Positions 18,338-26,714 of a stretch of 27,504 nucleotides of DNA are shown piece by piece. The translations under genes and the position numbers were made by a program. The stretch's first letter is position 1, and every line of letters starts with the position of its first letter. The stretch is taken from NCBI GenBank assembly GCA_051382295.1, contig JBBCAW010000141.1, positions 1 through 27,504 on the forward strand. Reading direction: 5' to 3'. This DNA is from Bdellovibrionota bacterium FG-1. Its GTDB lineage: Bacteria; Bdellovibrionota; UBA1018. Below the pieces are notes generated by a model. The model worked only from the letters and a program-made list of their open reading frames with translations, had not been told where the DNA came from and made no database searches.

Positions 18338-19495
18338 CGGCGAAAAAAGGTCCAAGTAAAGCTGAACATCTTTCTGAATATTTGGCGGAGTTCGGGTTTT
18401 TGGCGGTCGCACTTGATAAACCGCTCCGTGGATCGGACCTTCGGCCCACTGGTGGATTTTACGAACGGTCGAGTCCAGAAGTGAAGTTTTTCCAAATCCG
18501 CCGGGGATGTCTAAAACATAATGGGGTCGAGCCGCGCCGGGGAGTATTCCCTGGAGCTCACGCGCGATTTGCGATCCGTGTTCGATGCTCACTCGAAATT
18601 GAAAGGTCCCCGGGGTCCAGTCCGGATGGTGAAGGTAAACCGGAATCACACCGTGCTCATAGAGCTGCTGGTAAAGTAAGGCGAGCGTTTGGGCCGAGTC
18701 ATTGATGCCGGCGAGGAGAGCATTTTGATTGAGAAGCGTGGCACCGGATTTTTGAATCAATTGAAGTGCCGCTTTTGATTGAGGGGTCCATTCTTGCGGG
18801 TGATTGAAGTGATTGACTAGAAAAACTTGAAGAGAATCGGACCGTTCAAAAATTTGTGCCAATTCAGGGGTAAAGCGAGAGGGTAGGGTGACCGCCATTC
18901 GGGAATGAATTCGAAGCACGCGCAAGTGGGGGATGTTTTTTGCCCGTTCAAAAATCTTTTCCAGGGCAGAGTCCGTGAGTGAAAGCGGATCGCCTCCGGT
19001 CAGAATGAGCTCGTGGATTTCGGGGTGTTGGCTCAAGTAATCAAAAGCGGGATCAAGCGATCCATCATACAGGGTGCGTTCAGCGTCGTTCAAATGCGTT
19101 TTTCGAAAGCAAAATCGGCAATAGACCGAGCAAAGTGACGAAAGATGAAGAATCGCGCGGTTATCATAGCGATGAGTCAGGCGGGGCACGGCTAATTTAT
19201 CGAGGTCGCCAATGGCGTCTGGGTGCCAGGGATGCGCGCGGCCATAAATTCGTTGGCTCCATTCGGTGGCCCAGCTCGGCAGTTCGGGGTCCTGTTCGCC
19301 CAAAGCGGGGATGGCTTGGAGCCGAATAGGACAGTTCGGAGAGGAAGACATCAGTCGGGCGTAATAAGGAGTCACCCGGACTTTAAATTGGGCTCCGAGA
19401 GCCTCGAGCTTTTTGGCTTCGCTGGGCGAAATCAGGCCCGCCTCTTTTAAGGCTTGGACGCTGTCGTAGGAGTGGGCGAGCTCTTGTTTCCACAT
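18314..19495 (-). CDS. KamA family radical SAM protein (lysine/glutamate 2,3-aminomutase or EpmB-like)
   Basis: THRY, CSVYCRFCFRK (CxxxCxxC), ILTGGDPL, HFNHP, LLAGIND and PGGFGK (PLP lysine region). Confidence 0.9.
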   Translation of the reverse strand: MWKQELAHSYDSVQALKEAGLISPSEAKKLEALGAQFKVRVTPYYARLMSSSPNCPIRLQAIPALGEQDPELPSWATEWSQRIYGRAHPWHPDAIGDLDKLAVPRLTHRYDNRAILHLSSLCSVYCRFCFRKTHLNDAERTLYDGSLDPAFDYLSQHPEIHELILTGGDPLSLTDSALEKIFERAKNIPHLRVLRIHSRMAVTLPSRFTPELAQIFERSDSLQVFLVNHFNHPQEWTPQSKAALQLIQKSGATLLNQNALLAGINDSAQTLALLYQQLYEHGVIPVYLHHPDWTPGTFQFRVSIEHGSQIARELQGILPGAARPHYVLDIPGGFGKTSLLDSTVRKIHQWAEGPIHGAVYQVRPPKTRTPPNIQKDVQLYLDLFSPSAVSNTP

Positions 19496-19500
19496 GGTTA

Positions 19501-19653
19501 AAACTGGTCCCTTTCTATAGGTCTAAAGTGGTACAACTCGTTGAATTTAATTAAGAAAGACGATTTTCTGCTGCAATCTTCAGTAATGTTTCTATAATTT
19601 TTATTAATATCCAGGGGTTAGCTCACATTAAACCTAGGCAAAGGGACCAGTTT
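19501..19653. mobile_element. MITE/REPIN-like hairpin element with AAACTGGTCC ends
   Basis: Inverted arms are 14/14 identical at the termini (AAACTGGTCCCTTT), 25/30 and about 36/50 overall. The ends match those flanking the transposase at 21594-22798. Confidence 0.8.
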
Positions 19654-19690
19654 ACAGGGTGCATAGCAAGGAAACGCCTATTTAGAAAGA

Positions 19691-21538
19691 TTAAGTATTA
19701 AATAGCTTGAAAACATTGAACTTTTCAAGATTAGGGGGGAGGGCTTTGGGCGTGGTGGCGGCCGGAGTGGCAAGGGGAATCGAGGTGGGCGTTATTGACG
19801 GCTTTGGGGTGTCTTCGCTGGTGTAGAGCCTTTTGTAGAAGTAATAATTTCGGGCAATCGACGCAACGTATTCGCGCGTCTCCTTAAAAGGAATAAGGTC
19901 CAGGAAAAGAAGTCGATTTTCAACCGGATAACGTTGCTTCCAAAGATCTACTTTTTCTGGACCGGCGTTGTAGGCCGCTAAAGCGAGATCGGATTCACCG
20001 CCATAACGTTCATTGAGGCGTGAAAAAAATCGGATGCCAATCCGAATATTGGTGTTGGCGTCAAAAAGCGCTCGGCGTGTAGTTTTTTCCATGCGGCGTG
20101 CCGTCTTCGGCATGAGCTGCATGAGGCCCATCGCGCCCACGCGGGATTTAGCGCGGTCATTAAAGGCGCTTTCCTGGCGGATCAGAGAAATCATGAGATA
20201 GGGATCAGCCTGGTTTTCGTAATGGCGGACGATTTCAAAACGGTAAAGCGGAAAGAGTAATTCCAAACTTTCACGTGCGATCAGGCCCGGATAATCCCGA
20301 AAAAGCCCCGAGAGCAGTTTGAATTTGTGAAGAGATTCGGTGGCGCGGGTCAAAAGCAGGCCAATATAAAGTTGGAATTCGGGTTCCATCCCTTTGAGTT
20401 GGTCGAGCACGGGTTCAAGCGCATCCACCGATATTTCAGGAGCCGCTTGTCGTTGCAAGGCCTCGGCTAGCCGGAGATCAGCATTCAAGGCGGGGTTCAG
20501 GGTGGACTTGAAAAGAATTCGCGGAGGGGTCAGGGAGAGAGCGCTGGCTGAGGTCATGATGAGATTGTGAAGACTCAGGGGATGGTCTTTAGCGAGTTCG
20601 GCCTTGAGTTGATCGCGAAGGGCAAAATCGTTTCGTTGCTTGGCACAAAGCTGGCGCCAATACAAAACTCGGCTCCGAAAGTCGGCGGCATCCGGATGAT
20701 CGGTGATCTTGGCTAAGGATTTTTCGGCCAGGTCGCATTGATTGTCCCAGATTTGGAGCAGCCCTAGGCGATAAACTCCTTTGACGGTAATGGGATCGAG
20801 GGGGCCACATTCGGTCGCTCGTTGATAGAGTGCCATGGTCAGTTCTCGGTAATCAGGGTTCGGAAAGGCCTCTTCGGATTTAAAGCCGAGTGCAGCAATT
20901 AACGATGGGGATACGCATTGGTGGCTGTCGAGCGCTTTTTCCATCAGCGGCCGCACCATGAAGGGATCCTTGATTTTTTTTAAGGTGACCATGAGCTCAT
21001 GGTCAGTGGCTCCTTTGAGTAAATCAGTTCGGCCTTCGCGCATGGCACGCGAGAGCTTTTGAATCGTTCGGGATGAAGTTTTGGAGGTGGACCTACGGTT
21101 TTTGCGTTGCGGTCCGTTCGATCCTGAGTATTTATTGGCTAAGCGGCAAAAAGCTGTCGCTGCAGGAGCGTTGGGGCTGGTCTTTGCGCATTCAATCAGC
21201 CACTTTCTCCGTTCTCGAGTAGGGACTTTATGCCGTCTTAAAGCGATCAGCCGTTGTGCTTGCTGGTTGAATTGCTCGCGAGATTCGGGGGATTCGAGCG
21301 ACAGGCCGGTGAGCTGGTCCCGCAAGCTCGCGGACAATAGGGGACTTTCAGTATCGTTCGGAGCCATTGCAGCTGAGGTGGAGGTGGAGGGGCTAGGAGA
21401 CGGAGAGCTTGCGACTTGAGGTTGAGCGATCTCTTTGTGCGCGCATCCCGGGAATACTGATTGAATCGCCAAAGCGCTGGTCAGGCTGAGTAAAAGGGTT
21501 AAAGACACGCGCAATTTGCTCTTCGATATTGGAATCAT
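19691..21538 (-). CDS. Soluble lytic transglycosylase (Slt/GH23) with helical repeat N-terminal region
   Basis: IRQESAF, GAMGLMQLMP, AAYNAGP and IPFKETREYV. ATG 21538 follows a promoter; TTG 21577 is an alternative start. Confidence 0.92.
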   Translation of the reverse strand: MIPISKSKLRVSLTLLLSLTSALAIQSVFPGCAHKEIAQPQVASSPSPSPSTSTSAAMAPNDTESPLLSASLRDQLTGLSLESPESREQFNQQAQRLIALRRHKVPTRERRKWLIECAKTSPNAPAATAFCRLANKYSGSNGPQRKNRRSTSKTSSRTIQKLSRAMREGRTDLLKGATDHELMVTLKKIKDPFMVRPLMEKALDSHQCVSPSLIAALGFKSEEAFPNPDYRELTMALYQRATECGPLDPITVKGVYRLGLLQIWDNQCDLAEKSLAKITDHPDAADFRSRVLYWRQLCAKQRNDFALRDQLKAELAKDHPLSLHNLIMTSASALSLTPPRILFKSTLNPALNADLRLAEALQRQAAPEISVDALEPVLDQLKGMEPEFQLYIGLLLTRATESLHKFKLLSGLFRDYPGLIARESLELLFPLYRFEIVRHYENQADPYLMISLIRQESAFNDRAKSRVGAMGLMQLMPKTARRMEKTTRRALFDANTNIRIGIRFFSRLNERYGGESDLALAAYNAGPEKVDLWKQRYPVENRLLFLDLIPFKETREYVASIARNYYFYKRLYTSEDTPKPSITPTSIPLATPAATTPKALPPNLEKFNVFKLFNT

Positions 21539-21548
21539 CAGAGTAAAA

Positions 21549-21577
21549 ATTCTGAAATTTTGCGAGAGGGTTGTCAA
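21549..21577 (-). promoter_or_regulatory. Sigma70-type promoter for slt
   Basis: TTGACA-N17-CAGAAT, 10 nt before ATG 21538. Confidence 0.55.
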
Positions 21578-21663
21578 CGTCCATATTTATTTTTAAAACT
21601 GGTCCCCCAGCCTAGGTCTGATGGGGGAGGCTGTGAGCAGAAGCCTCGGTAACGGCACGGGTT

Positions 21664-22656
21664 TTGTTTAATACCCGACTGATGAACAAACAAATTTCAG
21701 CTGGTTTAGCCCTCAAATGCCCTTATATCGAATGCCCGTCTTTTTCCGTTTTTACGGCGACCCTAGACCCCAGTCCGAAAGCCGACACCACTGTCCGGAA
21801 TTCGGACGGTTTTAAGCGTAAAGGGTATTATTTCAGAATCTCCGACTCCAGACGCGTTCCGGTTTTTGTTTGTCTGAGGTGTAAAAAATCTTTTTCCTCG
21901 TCTCGATTGACCGCGTGCTTTAGGCAGAAAAAAAGGACGATCAATCACCAAGTGATGAAACTCCTGGCTTCAGGCGTGTCTCAACGCAGAACAGCCAGAC
22001 TGCTTGGAATTGATCGAAAAACCCTGGTGCGGAAGTTTCTGTTTTGGGCTCAGCAAGCCAGTTTATTTCATGAAGAATTTCTGGAATCGATCGCTCAGGG
22101 CGAGAACAAGATCAAGAGGGCGCAATTTGATGAAATGGAGACCTTCGAAAAATCAAAATGCATGCCACTGAGTGTTCCACTCGTGGTTGAGACAAAAAGT
22201 CGAAAGATCCTCGGTTTTCGTGTCTGTGAAATGCCGAGCAAAGGAATGTTGGTTGAAAAGTCGCTCAAAAAATACGGCCCTCGCCATGATGGCCGCCCGG
22301 CTGCGGCCGCGTCACTTTTCGTGGAAATTGCAAAAGTTCTGGATCCTCAAGTGGAAATCACTTCGGATCAAAATCCAAAATATCCAAGTTGGATCAAAAA
22401 ATCGCTTCCAGAAACGGTCACCCACAAGACCATTAAGGGTTCGCGCGGTTGTGTTGTGGGTCAGGGGGAACTCAAAAAGACTGGGTTTGACCCGTTATTT
22501 TCGTTTAATCACACCGCCGCGATGCTTCGGGCGAACATCAACCGGCTGTTTTGGAGAACCTGGTGCACCACCAAGCGAAAGGACCGGCTTGCGGCGCACA
22601 TCGCTATCTACGTTTACTATCACAATACCGTGCTCACTGAGCATCCGAGCACTTAA
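21664..22656 (+). CDS. IS1/IS1595-superfamily-like transposase (Zn ribbon, HTH, DD-N/E domain); alternative start ATG 21682
   Basis: CPYIEC...CLRCKKSF zinc ribbon, GVSQRRTARLLGIDRKT HTH, QFDEMET, TSDQ and NHTAAMLR...RL..RT.CTTK. Confidence 0.78.
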   Translation: MFNTRLMNKQISAGLALKCPYIECPSFSVFTATLDPSPKADTTVRNSDGFKRKGYYFRISDSRRVPVFVCLRCKKSFSSSRLTACFRQKKRTINHQVMKLLASGVSQRRTARLLGIDRKTLVRKFLFWAQQASLFHEEFLESIAQGENKIKRAQFDEMETFEKSKCMPLSVPLVVETKSRKILGFRVCEMPSKGMLVEKSLKKYGPRHDGRPAAAASLFVEIAKVLDPQVEITSDQNPKYPSWIKKSLPETVTHKTIKGSRGCVVGQGELKKTGFDPLFSFNHTAAMLRANINRLFWRTWCTTKRKDRLAAHIAIYVYYHNTVLTEHPST

Positions 22657-22681
22657 CGGATGCTTCAAAGTTCGATCCCGC

Positions 22682-22750
22682 CGTCAGGAGCTTGTACTCC
22701 AGGCGGTGATTTTCTGGAATTACCTGATCCTGACGTCTTTTTTTTGTTTT
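22682..22750 (+). terminator. Long interrupted hairpin followed by a U-tract after the transposase
   Basis: CGTCAGGA (22682-22689) pairs with TCCTGACG (22728-22735), with an inner TCCAG/CTGGA stem, then a T-run. Confidence 0.55.
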
Positions 22751-22795
22751 CGCCCTACTTTTTTTACTCAGTCTTCCTAGGCTGATGGACCAGTT

Positions 22796-23305
22796 TTAGT
22801 GGAGCAACTGCGAGGCGGCGCCCATGCTCATCTGCGCGATCTCATCGACGGTGGCTTCACGAGTAGCGGTTGCTTCAATATCGAAGCAGAGATCCTGCCC
22901 CGCTAACGGATGATTGCCATCGAGAGTGACGTGGAGAGGGTCTCCAGCAATCACACGAAACACGCGGGTTTCGCCGTCATTGCATTGAGTGACTACTTGG
23001 TAACCGATTTCAAGGTGCTTTCCTTGCGGTAATCTTCGGCGTGGCATTGTCATGACCAGCGAGGGGTCATAAAATCCATAAGCTTGTTCTGCTCGCACAA
23101 AAATACTTCGTTTTTCTCCCTTTTTTAAACCTTGGAGTCCATCTAACAGACCGCGAATGGGCTCATGAAATCCCGAAAAGGCAGCCACTGATCCAGGGCC
23201 GTTCCCGGCCTGGTGAGTAAGAATGTCATGGATGAAGGAAGAGCTGATAATCTTCCCAAGAGGGTCCTTGAGGACGCAATAAAAAGAAATCATTTGTGGT
23301 TTCAA
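22796..23305 (-). CDS. slyD: FKBP-type peptidyl-prolyl isomerase (SlyD-like, no His-rich tail)
   Basis: AEQAYG, LDGNHPLAGQDLCFDIE and REAT..E motifs. SD GGGAGG upstream. Confidence 0.85.
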   Translation of the reverse strand: MKPQMISFYCVLKDPLGKIISSSFIHDILTHQAGNGPGSVAAFSGFHEPIRGLLDGLQGLKKGEKRSIFVRAEQAYGFYDPSLVMTMPRRRLPQGKHLEIGYQVVTQCNDGETRVFRVIAGDPLHVTLDGNHPLAGQDLCFDIEATATREATVDEIAQMSMGAASQLLH

Positions 23306-23574
23306 TCTTGAAATGCCTCCCTATTCTTAGCTTCAACCTATCCGGGGTTACCTCGAGAAGTCAAATCGCACCTCGTGCAGCATGGCCTCTATTTGGCAGA
23401 GGGATAGGGTAGGTCCATGACCGATAACGGAGCGAAGCAAGTGTTAATGAAAATTCATATTAAGTTCCGTTGTGAATTGAAAATCGTTGCTTTGGTGGAA
23501 ACCCGGTGATTAGTTAGAGCAATCATAAAGATGATGCTCTGATTGTGATCAGTTTCGAGGGGGAACCTGGTGTG

Positions 23575-25074
23575 ATGCAGTGTAGATTCATCCGTGTTTG
23601 GCGCATAAGAATTCTGAGAGCCTTCATTGCTCTGAGTTGTTTTGGCTGTTTGATTTTTGGGAAAACCGCGAGTGCGGGTGACCTGGATCAATGGATTTTC
23701 TCGCAAAGTGATTTTTCCGTTCGAGGGATGTTGCGAAATATAGGGTCTTCTCCTGCTGTCCCTGATGCAGTGCCGGGTTCGGTGGTTGCTGCGCCTTCTC
23801 GTGTTCCTGATTATCGATTTCATTGGGTGCGCGATGGCGCTTTAACAATGGATGCGGTTTTAGGTCTTTTTGAAAATGCCACTGACCCCTCCGACCAGTC
23901 CCGCTATTTGACCCTCCTTTTGGACTATGTCGGATTTTCTCGCCGAATTCAGCTGACCGCGAACGCCAGCGGTGGCGCTGATGAGCTAGGCGTGGGCGAG
24001 CCCAAATTTCGCGTGGATGGTCGTGCGTATGAGTTGCCTTGGGGACGGCCTCAAAACGATGGTCCCGCGCTTCGTGCGCTCACTTTGATTCGATTCGCGC
24101 ACCGTTTGGTCGATGCCGGGCGAGCCGACTTGGTGTGGGGACGTCTTTATAATCTTGGACTTCCAGGTCGAACTGTCATCAAAGTCGATTTAGAATTTGT
24201 ATCGGATCATTGGCGAGACCCCTCTTTTGACTTATGGGAAGAGGTCAAAGGCTCTCATTTTTATACCCGTCTCGTGCAGCGTCGGGCGTTGTTGGAAGGC
24301 GCGGCGCTCGCAGATCGTCTCGGAGACCCCGAGGCCGCTAAGTGGTATCGCGGACAGGCTTCTGCCATGGAGCCCGAAATTAATCGGCACTGGCGGCCCG
24401 ATCGCGGCATCGTGTTGGCAAGCCTCGATACGGTCTATGGTAAAGATTATGGCAAAAACAGTGGGCTGGATGTTGCCGTTGTTTTAGGAGCCTTGCATGC
24501 CTCGGCGAGCCCGCGTACGCAGGATCAGTTTTTTGGCGTCACCGACGATCGTATTTTGGCGACGGCCGCACGGTTAGCTGAAACGTTTAAGAGTATTTAC
24601 TTAATCAACACCGTAGAAAAAGATCTCGATGGCCAGCTTTTAGGGCCCGCGATTGGACGGTACCCGGAGGATGTTTACAGTGGGTCGTCCCGTCATCTTC
24701 AAGGCAATCCTTGGTTCTTGGCCACGAATGCCTTTGCCGAGCTTTACTATCGTTGCGCTCGTCAATTTGAAAAACAACCCGCGATTCGGGTGACTCCGGC
24801 TGTTATGGCGCTATTTCGGCATTTGAATAATTATTCTCAGCTATCATTGATGGCCGGTGAGGTTATTTCGTCTTTCGATTCTCGGTATCCACTTTTGATT
24901 CAGGGGCTTCGCGAAACCGGGGATTCTTATCTTCGCCGGGTACGGTTCCATTCTGCTTCGAGTGGTTCTTTGTCTGAGCAATTTAACCGCGATACGGGAT
25001 ATATGCAGAGCGCTGAAGATCTCACCTGGAGTTACGCAAGCGTACTGACCGCTGTTTCGGCACGAGGCAATTAA
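23575..25074 (+). CDS. Secreted glucoamylase, GH15 (fungal/Legionella GamA-type)
   Basis: Signal peptide ending ASA, HWVRDG, LGVGEPKF, WGRPQNDGPALRA, DLWEE, GRYPEDVY, GNPWFLAT, LSEQFNR and DLTWSYAS. Confidence 0.92.
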   Translation: MQCRFIRVWRIRILRAFIALSCFGCLIFGKTASAGDLDQWIFSQSDFSVRGMLRNIGSSPAVPDAVPGSVVAAPSRVPDYRFHWVRDGALTMDAVLGLFENATDPSDQSRYLTLLLDYVGFSRRIQLTANASGGADELGVGEPKFRVDGRAYELPWGRPQNDGPALRALTLIRFAHRLVDAGRADLVWGRLYNLGLPGRTVIKVDLEFVSDHWRDPSFDLWEEVKGSHFYTRLVQRRALLEGAALADRLGDPEAAKWYRGQASAMEPEINRHWRPDRGIVLASLDTVYGKDYGKNSGLDVAVVLGALHASASPRTQDQFFGVTDDRILATAARLAETFKSIYLINTVEKDLDGQLLGPAIGRYPEDVYSGSSRHLQGNPWFLATNAFAELYYRCARQFEKQPAIRVTPAVMALFRHLNNYSQLSLMAGEVISSFDSRYPLLIQGLRETGDSYLRRVRFHSASSGSLSEQFNRDTGYMQSAEDLTWSYASVLTAVSARGN

Positions 25075-25158
25075 CTTAACGCATCAGGGCGAGCGGCACT
25101 TTTGAGTTTGCCATCATTTTTGCAACGCAAGGATCTGCAAACCGGGAGGATCCTTTTT

Positions 25159-25569
25159 ATGCGTTTAATTTCACTTCGGGGTCATAGTATTTTGGATTAT
25201 GTTGCTGGAATCGTTTTGTTGGTTTCTCCGGCGTTTTTTGGCTTCGCAGCGTTAGACGCGGCTCGTAGTACCTTTTCTATGTTGGGCTCAACGCTGATTA
25301 TTTATAGTCTTTTGACTCGTTATCGCTATTCCATCTTTAAGGTTATCCCCGTGGGATTTCATATGTTCTTAGACGGGGTGCTCGGTGGTTATTTGATTTT
25401 AGCTCCTTACTTAATGGGGTACCGCACGATCCTTTCAGGTGGGCAGTGGGCAGTGCACGTGATCGAGGGTTTTGGAATGATTATGCTGGTGGCGCTCACA
25501 GGTTCGGCGAAGGCCGAAGCTGCTTATGGGCGCGAGGAGGAGTCGGTGACGACTCGGCGGGCGGCTTAA
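25159..25569 (+). CDS. SPW-repeat-like membrane protein
   Basis: HSILDY...SP..FG, YSLLTRY and HMFLD. Four hydrophobic segments. SD GGGAGG upstream. Confidence 0.75.
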   Translation: MRLISLRGHSILDYVAGIVLLVSPAFFGFAALDAARSTFSMLGSTLIIYSLLTRYRYSIFKVIPVGFHMFLDGVLGGYLILAPYLMGYRTILSGGQWAVHVIEGFGMIMLVALTGSAKAEAAYGREEESVTTRRAA

Positions 25570-25572
25570 GCA

Positions 25573-25603
25573 GGGTTTGGGTCAAAATGAAGTGACCAAA
25601 CCC
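25573..25603. terminator. Hairpin between convergent genes
   Basis: GGGTTTGG(G)TCA-N8-TGACCAAACCC. Confidence 0.55.
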
Positions 25604-25661
25604 AGCGGTTCTCTACCTTGAGGGTCGAGGCGTTTATGCTGTGCCCGCCGTCTCCTCGTGG

Positions 25662-25796
25662 TCACCTGAGTGTTTCGGCAATCCAATCGACCAGCAGAAA
25701 CAAAGACTTGGCTAGGATAGCGAGAATCCAAGTTTTTTGTTTCAGTTTTTCCAGTCGAATCCGATCTATACAGTACTTGGTGGTATTGTATTTCAT
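25662..25796 (-). CDS. 44-aa peptide with a hydrophobic C-terminal helix (type I toxin-like)
   Basis: MKYNTTKYCIDRIRLEKLKQKTWILAILAKSLFLLVDWIAETLR*. Near-perfect SD AAGGAGGT 5 nt before the ATG. Not in the ORF track. Confidence 0.7.
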   Translation of the reverse strand: MKYNTTKYCIDRIRLEKLKQKTWILAILAKSLFLLVDWIAETLR

Positions 25797-25801
25797 GGAT
25801 T

Positions 25802-25831
25802 ACCTCCTTTCTTTTGTAGAAGTTAGGAGGT
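25802..25831 (-). promoter_or_regulatory. SD-sequestering hairpin
   Basis: In the mRNA, ACCUCCU (25825-25831) pairs with the SD AGGAGGU (25802-25808), with an inner UUCU/AGAA stem. Confidence 0.7.
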
Positions 25832-25974
25832 GGTTCCTTCCACACCGCTTGGGTTTGGCTAGGGGCTCGATGAGCAAGGCTGATGCCAGCTCTTCTTGGG
25901 GTTAAATCGAGTTTAAGTAACTTTATGGTTCAGGTTTGAACCTTTTTGGCGCGATTTCGGACCAAATTGAGGAT

Positions 25975-26673
25975 TTAAGCTGCTCGCAGATAATGAGAAT
26001 TCAGTTCGTAGGCTTGGATGAGTTCGTTGTCATCGGGGTTTCGGTCGAGCAGAAAACCGTGGGATTTTTGTCTCGCCAGGTATTCGGGAAAGGCGGGAAT
26101 GTCAGCGCTGAGCGCTTGGATCCAAGCGAAGGTTTCATTATGCGCGCGGCGCTCGGTCAAAAAGAGGCGTTTTTGATCAAACCGCACGGCGCGTTCTAGC
26201 TCAGAAATGACGGGGGCGATCCGTTGCACGCGGGGTCCTTGAGCGATTTGAAGAACCTGTTGGAGTAGCACTCTGGAATCGGAAGAGAAGTCTTGATCTG
26301 GAAAATGTTGCTTTAAATTCAGGCGGCATTGACTCCACATTTGAAGACTCCGGGATCCGCTTTGAGCGTACGCAGAGTCGTAGGCATGAATGAGTTCGTG
26401 ATAGAAGAGTGCGGCGCTTAGGCCGAGCTCACCCGGGAGTGAAAGGTAAATGGTGCGTTGGTTCGGACTCCATTCAAAGCCAGCCCCTGCGCGGGTGCGG
26501 CCTTTGTGGTCGCTCGAGATTTCCGCCAGGGGGCTGATCTTGAGCGATCCTGTGGCAAGGTCGTGCCGGGCGAGGGTGGCCAGGCCATGAGATGCGCTGA
26601 AGCTTTCTAAGAATGAGAGCAGGGGTTCTGCTTCATGGCTTTGGCGGTGAAGGGGTGAGTGTTTGTCGCCCAT
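25975..26673 (-). CDS. Hypothetical protein with an HExxH zinc-binding motif
   Basis: TIYLS...ALFYHELIHA and a distal TERRAH glutamate. Confidence 0.65.
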   Translation of the reverse strand: MGDKHSPLHRQSHEAEPLLSFLESFSASHGLATLARHDLATGSLKISPLAEISSDHKGRTRAGAGFEWSPNQRTIYLSLPGELGLSAALFYHELIHAYDSAYAQSGSRSLQMWSQCRLNLKQHFPDQDFSSDSRVLLQQVLQIAQGPRVQRIAPVISELERAVRFDQKRLFLTERRAHNETFAWIQALSADIPAFPEYLARQKSHGFLLDRNPDDNELIQAYELNSHYLRAA

Positions 26674-26680
26674 AGAGAAG

Positions 26681-26708
26681 GTATCGGCAGAAGGCTTGGA
26701 ATGGTTGA
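26681..26708 (-). promoter_or_regulatory. Possible sigma28 (FliA)-type promoter
   Basis: TCAA-N16-GCCGATAC, 7 nt before ATG 26673. Confidence 0.35.
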
Positions 26709-26714
26709 TGGATT

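Larger units (their letters stand above)
21594..22798 (+). mobile_element. IS-like element (~1.2 kb) with 23-bp imperfect inverted ends
   Basis: TAAAACTGGTCCCCCAGCCTAGG (21594-21616) versus the reverse complement of 22776-22798, TAAAACTGGTCCATCAGCCTAGG (21/23). Encloses one transposase-like ORF. Confidence 0.82.

Noticed and set aside
12247..19495. Pyrrolysine / TAG recoding linked to the radical SAM gene
   Set aside because: The radical SAM is KamA-type, not PylB. There are no pyl genes, and TAG ends other genes normally.
22172..22780. 202-aa alternative-frame ORF in the transposase (programmed frameshift as in IS1 insAB)
   Set aside because: The main ORF already contains all domains in one frame, and the alternative frame has no recognisable motifs.
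23443..23463. Fur-box-like AT-rich palindrome
   Set aside because: Only about 13/19 match by eye, and the adjacent genes are not iron-related.
362..24487. Numerous short antisense or overlapping ORFs in the track
   Set aside because: They are shadow ORFs of well-supported genes, with no motifs or RBS.
25582..25905. ORF-track 87-aa (-) and 95-aa (+) ORFs
   Set aside because: Neither has a convincing SD or recognisable features. The 44-aa ORF with a near-perfect SD explains the region better.
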